A DNA stretch of 64,000 nt from Hyalangium minutum (lineage in GTDB: Bacteria; Myxococcota; Myxococcia; Myxococcales; Myxococcaceae). Shown in pieces: positions 61,251 to 64,000 of this stretch. The stretch covers positions 248,001 through 312,000 of the forward strand of contig NZ_JMCB01000003.1 of assembly GCF_000737315.1 (NCBI RefSeq), in the 5' to 3' direction. Each line of letters starts with the position of its first letter. Within the stretch, counting starts at the first letter, position 1. Made by a program: the position numbers and the translations under genes. The notes beneath the pieces are model-generated. The model saw only the letters and a program-made list of their open reading frames with translations, searched no databases and was not told the origin of the DNA.

Positions 61251-63476
61251 TTGATTCGCAAGCTCCTCGTCGCCACGGTGGGTACGGCCCTCTTGTCTGG
61301 CGCCTGTGCGACCACTACCACCGCCGCCCCGGAGGCCAGCAGCGCCCCGGTTCAGGAGGGCAGCTCCACCATGCAACCCAGCGCAACAACTCCGACGACC
61401 CAGCCCGAGAACCCGGTACTGGCCAAGTGGGTCGGTCCGTACGGCGGCGTCCCCGCCTTCGACAAGGTCCAGGTCGCGTACTTCAAGCCCGCCCTGGAGG
61501 CGGCCATGGAGCAGACCCGGAAGGAGGTCGCCGCGATCGCGGGCAACCCGGCCGCGCCGACGTTCGAGAACACGATCGCCGCGATGGAGGACGCGTCGCG
61601 GACGTTGAGCGACGTGCGGACGATCTACGGCATCTGGTCCTCGTCCATGAACGGGCCGGAGTTCCAGGCCGTCGAGCGCGAGATGGCGCCCAAGCTGGCT
61701 GCCTTCTCCGATGAGATCACCCAGAACGAGCAGCTCTTCCAGCGCATCGAGGCGGTCTACACTTCGCCCGACAAGGCGAAGCTGCCCCCCGAGCAGCAGC
61801 GTCTGGCGTGGGTCCGCTACACCAACTTCGTCCGTGCGGGAGCGAAGCTGGATGCGGCGGCGAAGAAGCGCATGGTGGAGATCAACCAGCGCCTGGCTTC
61901 GCTCTACACCTCGTTCAGCCAGAACGTGCTGGCCGATGAGGAGGGGTACGCCGTCATCCTCGAGTCGGAGGCAGATCTGGCCGGTCTTCCTGACTCGTTC
62001 CGGGCGGGGGCTGCGGCTGCGGCGGAGGCTCGAGGGCTGAAGGGCAAGTGGGCGATCCCCAACACGCGCTCGGCGATGGAGCCGTTCCTGACGTACTCGT
62101 CCCGGCGGGAGCTGCGCGAGAAGGTGTGGCGCTACTACGTCGACCGGGGTGACAACCGGGACGCGCACGACAACAACGCGATCATCTCGGAGATCCTCAA
62201 GCTGCGCGCCGAGCGGGCCAAGCTGCTGGGCTACGCGACGCACGCGCACTGGCGGCTCGAGAACACCATGGCCAAGACGCCCGAGCGGGCCATGGAGCTG
62301 ATGGAAGCGGTCTGGAAGCCGGCGGTGGCCCGGGTCCGCGAGGAGGTCGCCGACATGCAGGCGATCGCCAACAAGGAGGGTGCGAAGTTCAAGATCGCTC
62401 CTTGGGACTACCGCTACTACGCCGAGAAGGTGCGCAAGGCGAAGTACGACCTGGACCAGAACGAGGTGAAGCCGTACCTGCAGCTGGAGAAGCTGCGCGA
62501 GGGCATGTTCTGGGTGGCGGGAGAGCTGTTCGGTTTCGTGTTCGAGCCGGTGAACAACGTGCCCGTGTACCACCCGGATGTCCGCGTCTGGGAGGTGAAG
62601 GACAAGGCCACAGGGCGGCACATTGGGCTCTGGTACTTCGATCCGTACGCGCGGCAGGGGAAGCGGTCCGGGGCGTGGATGAACGCGTACCGGGCGCAGG
62701 AGCGGTTCAAGGGGGACGTGACGACGATCGTCTCCAACAACGCGAACTTCGTGAAGGGCAAGCCGGGCGAGCCGGTGCTCATCAGCTGGGAGGACGCGTC
62801 GACGCTGTTCCACGAGTTCGGCCACGCGCTGCACGGGCTGAACTCGCAGGTGACGTACGGCACGCTGTCGGGCACGGCGGTGGCGCGGGACTACGTGGAG
62901 TTCCCGTCGCAACTTCTGGAGCACTGGCTCCCGACGCCCGAGGTGTTGAACCGGTTCGCGCTGAACGCCGAGACGGGCAAGCCCGTGCCGCCGGAGCTGG
63001 TGGCGCGGATCACCAAGGCGTCCACGTTCAACCAGGGCTTCGCCACGGTGGAGTACCTGGCGAGCGCTCTGGTGGACATGAAGCTGCACCTGGCGGGGGA
63101 CAAGCCGATCGACGCGGATGCGTTCGAGCGGGAGACGCTGAAGACGCTCGGGATGCCGCAGGAGATCGTCATGCGGCACCGCACGCCGCAGTTCAGCCAC
63201 GTGTTCGCGGGGGATGGGTACTCGGCGGGCTACTACAGCTATCTGTGGTCCGACACACTCACGGCCGATGCGTACGAGGCCTTCACTGAAGGGAAGGGGG
63301 CCTACGATCGCGATGTGGCCGAGCGTCTGCGCAAGCACGTCTTCTCGGTGGGTAACACGATCGACCCCGCCGAGGGCTACCGGGCCTTCCGAGGCAAGGA
63401 GGCCGGGATCGATGCGCTGATGCGCAAGCGCGGCTTCCCTGTCCCCAGCGCTCCGGCCTCCAAGAAGGCGAAGTAG
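61251..63476 (+). CDS. dcp: M3 family metallopeptidase (peptidyl-dipeptidase Dcp-like), lipoprotein
   Basis: TTG start with GGAGG; lipobox LSGA-C; KRSGAWM, LFHEFGHALH, VEFPSQ, YSAGYYSY. Confidence 0.9.
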   Translation: MIRKLLVATVGTALLSGACATTTTAAPEASSAPVQEGSSTMQPSATTPTTQPENPVLAKWVGPYGGVPAFDKVQVAYFKPALEAAMEQTRKEVAAIAGNPAAPTFENTIAAMEDASRTLSDVRTIYGIWSSSMNGPEFQAVEREMAPKLAAFSDEITQNEQLFQRIEAVYTSPDKAKLPPEQQRLAWVRYTNFVRAGAKLDAAAKKRMVEINQRLASLYTSFSQNVLADEEGYAVILESEADLAGLPDSFRAGAAAAAEARGLKGKWAIPNTRSAMEPFLTYSSRRELREKVWRYYVDRGDNRDAHDNNAIISEILKLRAERAKLLGYATHAHWRLENTMAKTPERAMELMEAVWKPAVARVREEVADMQAIANKEGAKFKIAPWDYRYYAEKVRKAKYDLDQNEVKPYLQLEKLREGMFWVAGELFGFVFEPVNNVPVYHPDVRVWEVKDKATGRHIGLWYFDPYARQGKRSGAWMNAYRAQERFKGDVTTIVSNNANFVKGKPGEPVLISWEDASTLFHEFGHALHGLNSQVTYGTLSGTAVARDYVEFPSQLLEHWLPTPEVLNRFALNAETGKPVPPELVARITKASTFNQGFATVEYLASALVDMKLHLAGDKPIDADAFERETLKTLGMPQEIVMRHRTPQFSHVFAGDGYSAGYYSYLWSDTLTADAYEAFTEGKGAYDRDVAERLRKHVFSVGNTIDPAEGYRAFRGKEAGIDALMRKRGFPVPSAPASKKAK

Positions 63477-63496
63477 GGCCGCTCAGGGAGGCGGGT

Positions 63497-64000
63497 TCAG
63501 CTCTTGCCCGCCTTCTCCAGCATCTGGAGCAGCCAGCGTCGATGAGAGTAGACGCTGGTGAAGATGGACAGATGCCCCCCGGTGGGCGTCTTCGAGCCTA
63601 CTGTTGAGATGCCTATGAGGATGTTTCTACGCTCGTTCTTGACGCAGGCACCGCCACTGTCGCCGTTCTGCATGTGAGAGGCCGCCGAGCCATCGGGCAG
63701 CAATCTCGCGTCCGTCCTGAAGACGGAACTTCCAGTCTCCAGATGGATCAACCGGCTCACGCGGTTGGAGCCGAAGTAGCGGACGCCATAGTCGGGCGCC
63801 GAGTCTTCTCCGTAGGAATAGCCCACCATGGTGATGGCATCCCCTTCTTGAACCTCGGCCTCGGTGATTTCGAGCCGTGGCATGTTGTCGCCGAGGGGCT
63901 CCTTCAGGAAAATGACGGCGAGATCGGCGTTGCTCCACACCACTCCCTGGCTCTGGCCACGTTGGCCAGTGATGAGCTCGAAAGCCGGGTGGATGACCAC
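63497..64000 (-). CDS. Trypsin-like (S1) serine protease, 5' end outside the window
   Basis: ADLAVI (Asp), VGYS, and NGDSGGAC (catalytic Ser). Confidence 0.85.
   Translation of the reverse strand: MVIHPAFELITGQRGQSQGVVWSNADLAVIFLKEPLGDNMPRLEITEAEVQEGDAITMVGYSYGEDSAPDYGVRYFGSNRVSRLIHLETGSSVFRTDARLLPDGSAASHMQNGDSGGACVKNERRNILIGISTVGSKTPTGGHLSIFTSVYSHRRWLLQMLEKAGKS

Overview
High-GC window that looks like a myxobacterial (Cystobacterineae-type) chromosome; the taxon is inferred from gene families (TIGR02266 PilZ, PilZ-Hsp70, ELWxxDGT, DGG-rich lipoproteins). The first 17 kb is accessory. It holds a 4682-aa lipoprotein-anchored Rhs/YD protein (Ig-like stalk, Rhs cage, pre-toxin linker, intact HINT domain, low-GC HAE...CxxC deaminase-like tip) with no immunity gene behind it. 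This is followed by a convergent Ser/Thr kinase and an Rpn/YhgA nuclease with an in-frame internal RBS+ATG and a 12-bp tandem repeat. The rest is mostly housekeeping: rtcA, sppA, apbC, short-chain acyl-CoA catabolism, rpsA, an rlmD-like methyltransferase, miaB, dedA, PilZ-Hsp70, guaB, guaA and dcp. Embedded in it are a trehalose/maltose-type ABC transporter plus porin without an ATPase gene, and a low-GC pair of lipoprotein genes, the first with a JAB/MPN-like motif. No rRNA, tRNA or CRISPR array was seen. Domain calls come from motif recognition by eye, not from database searches.
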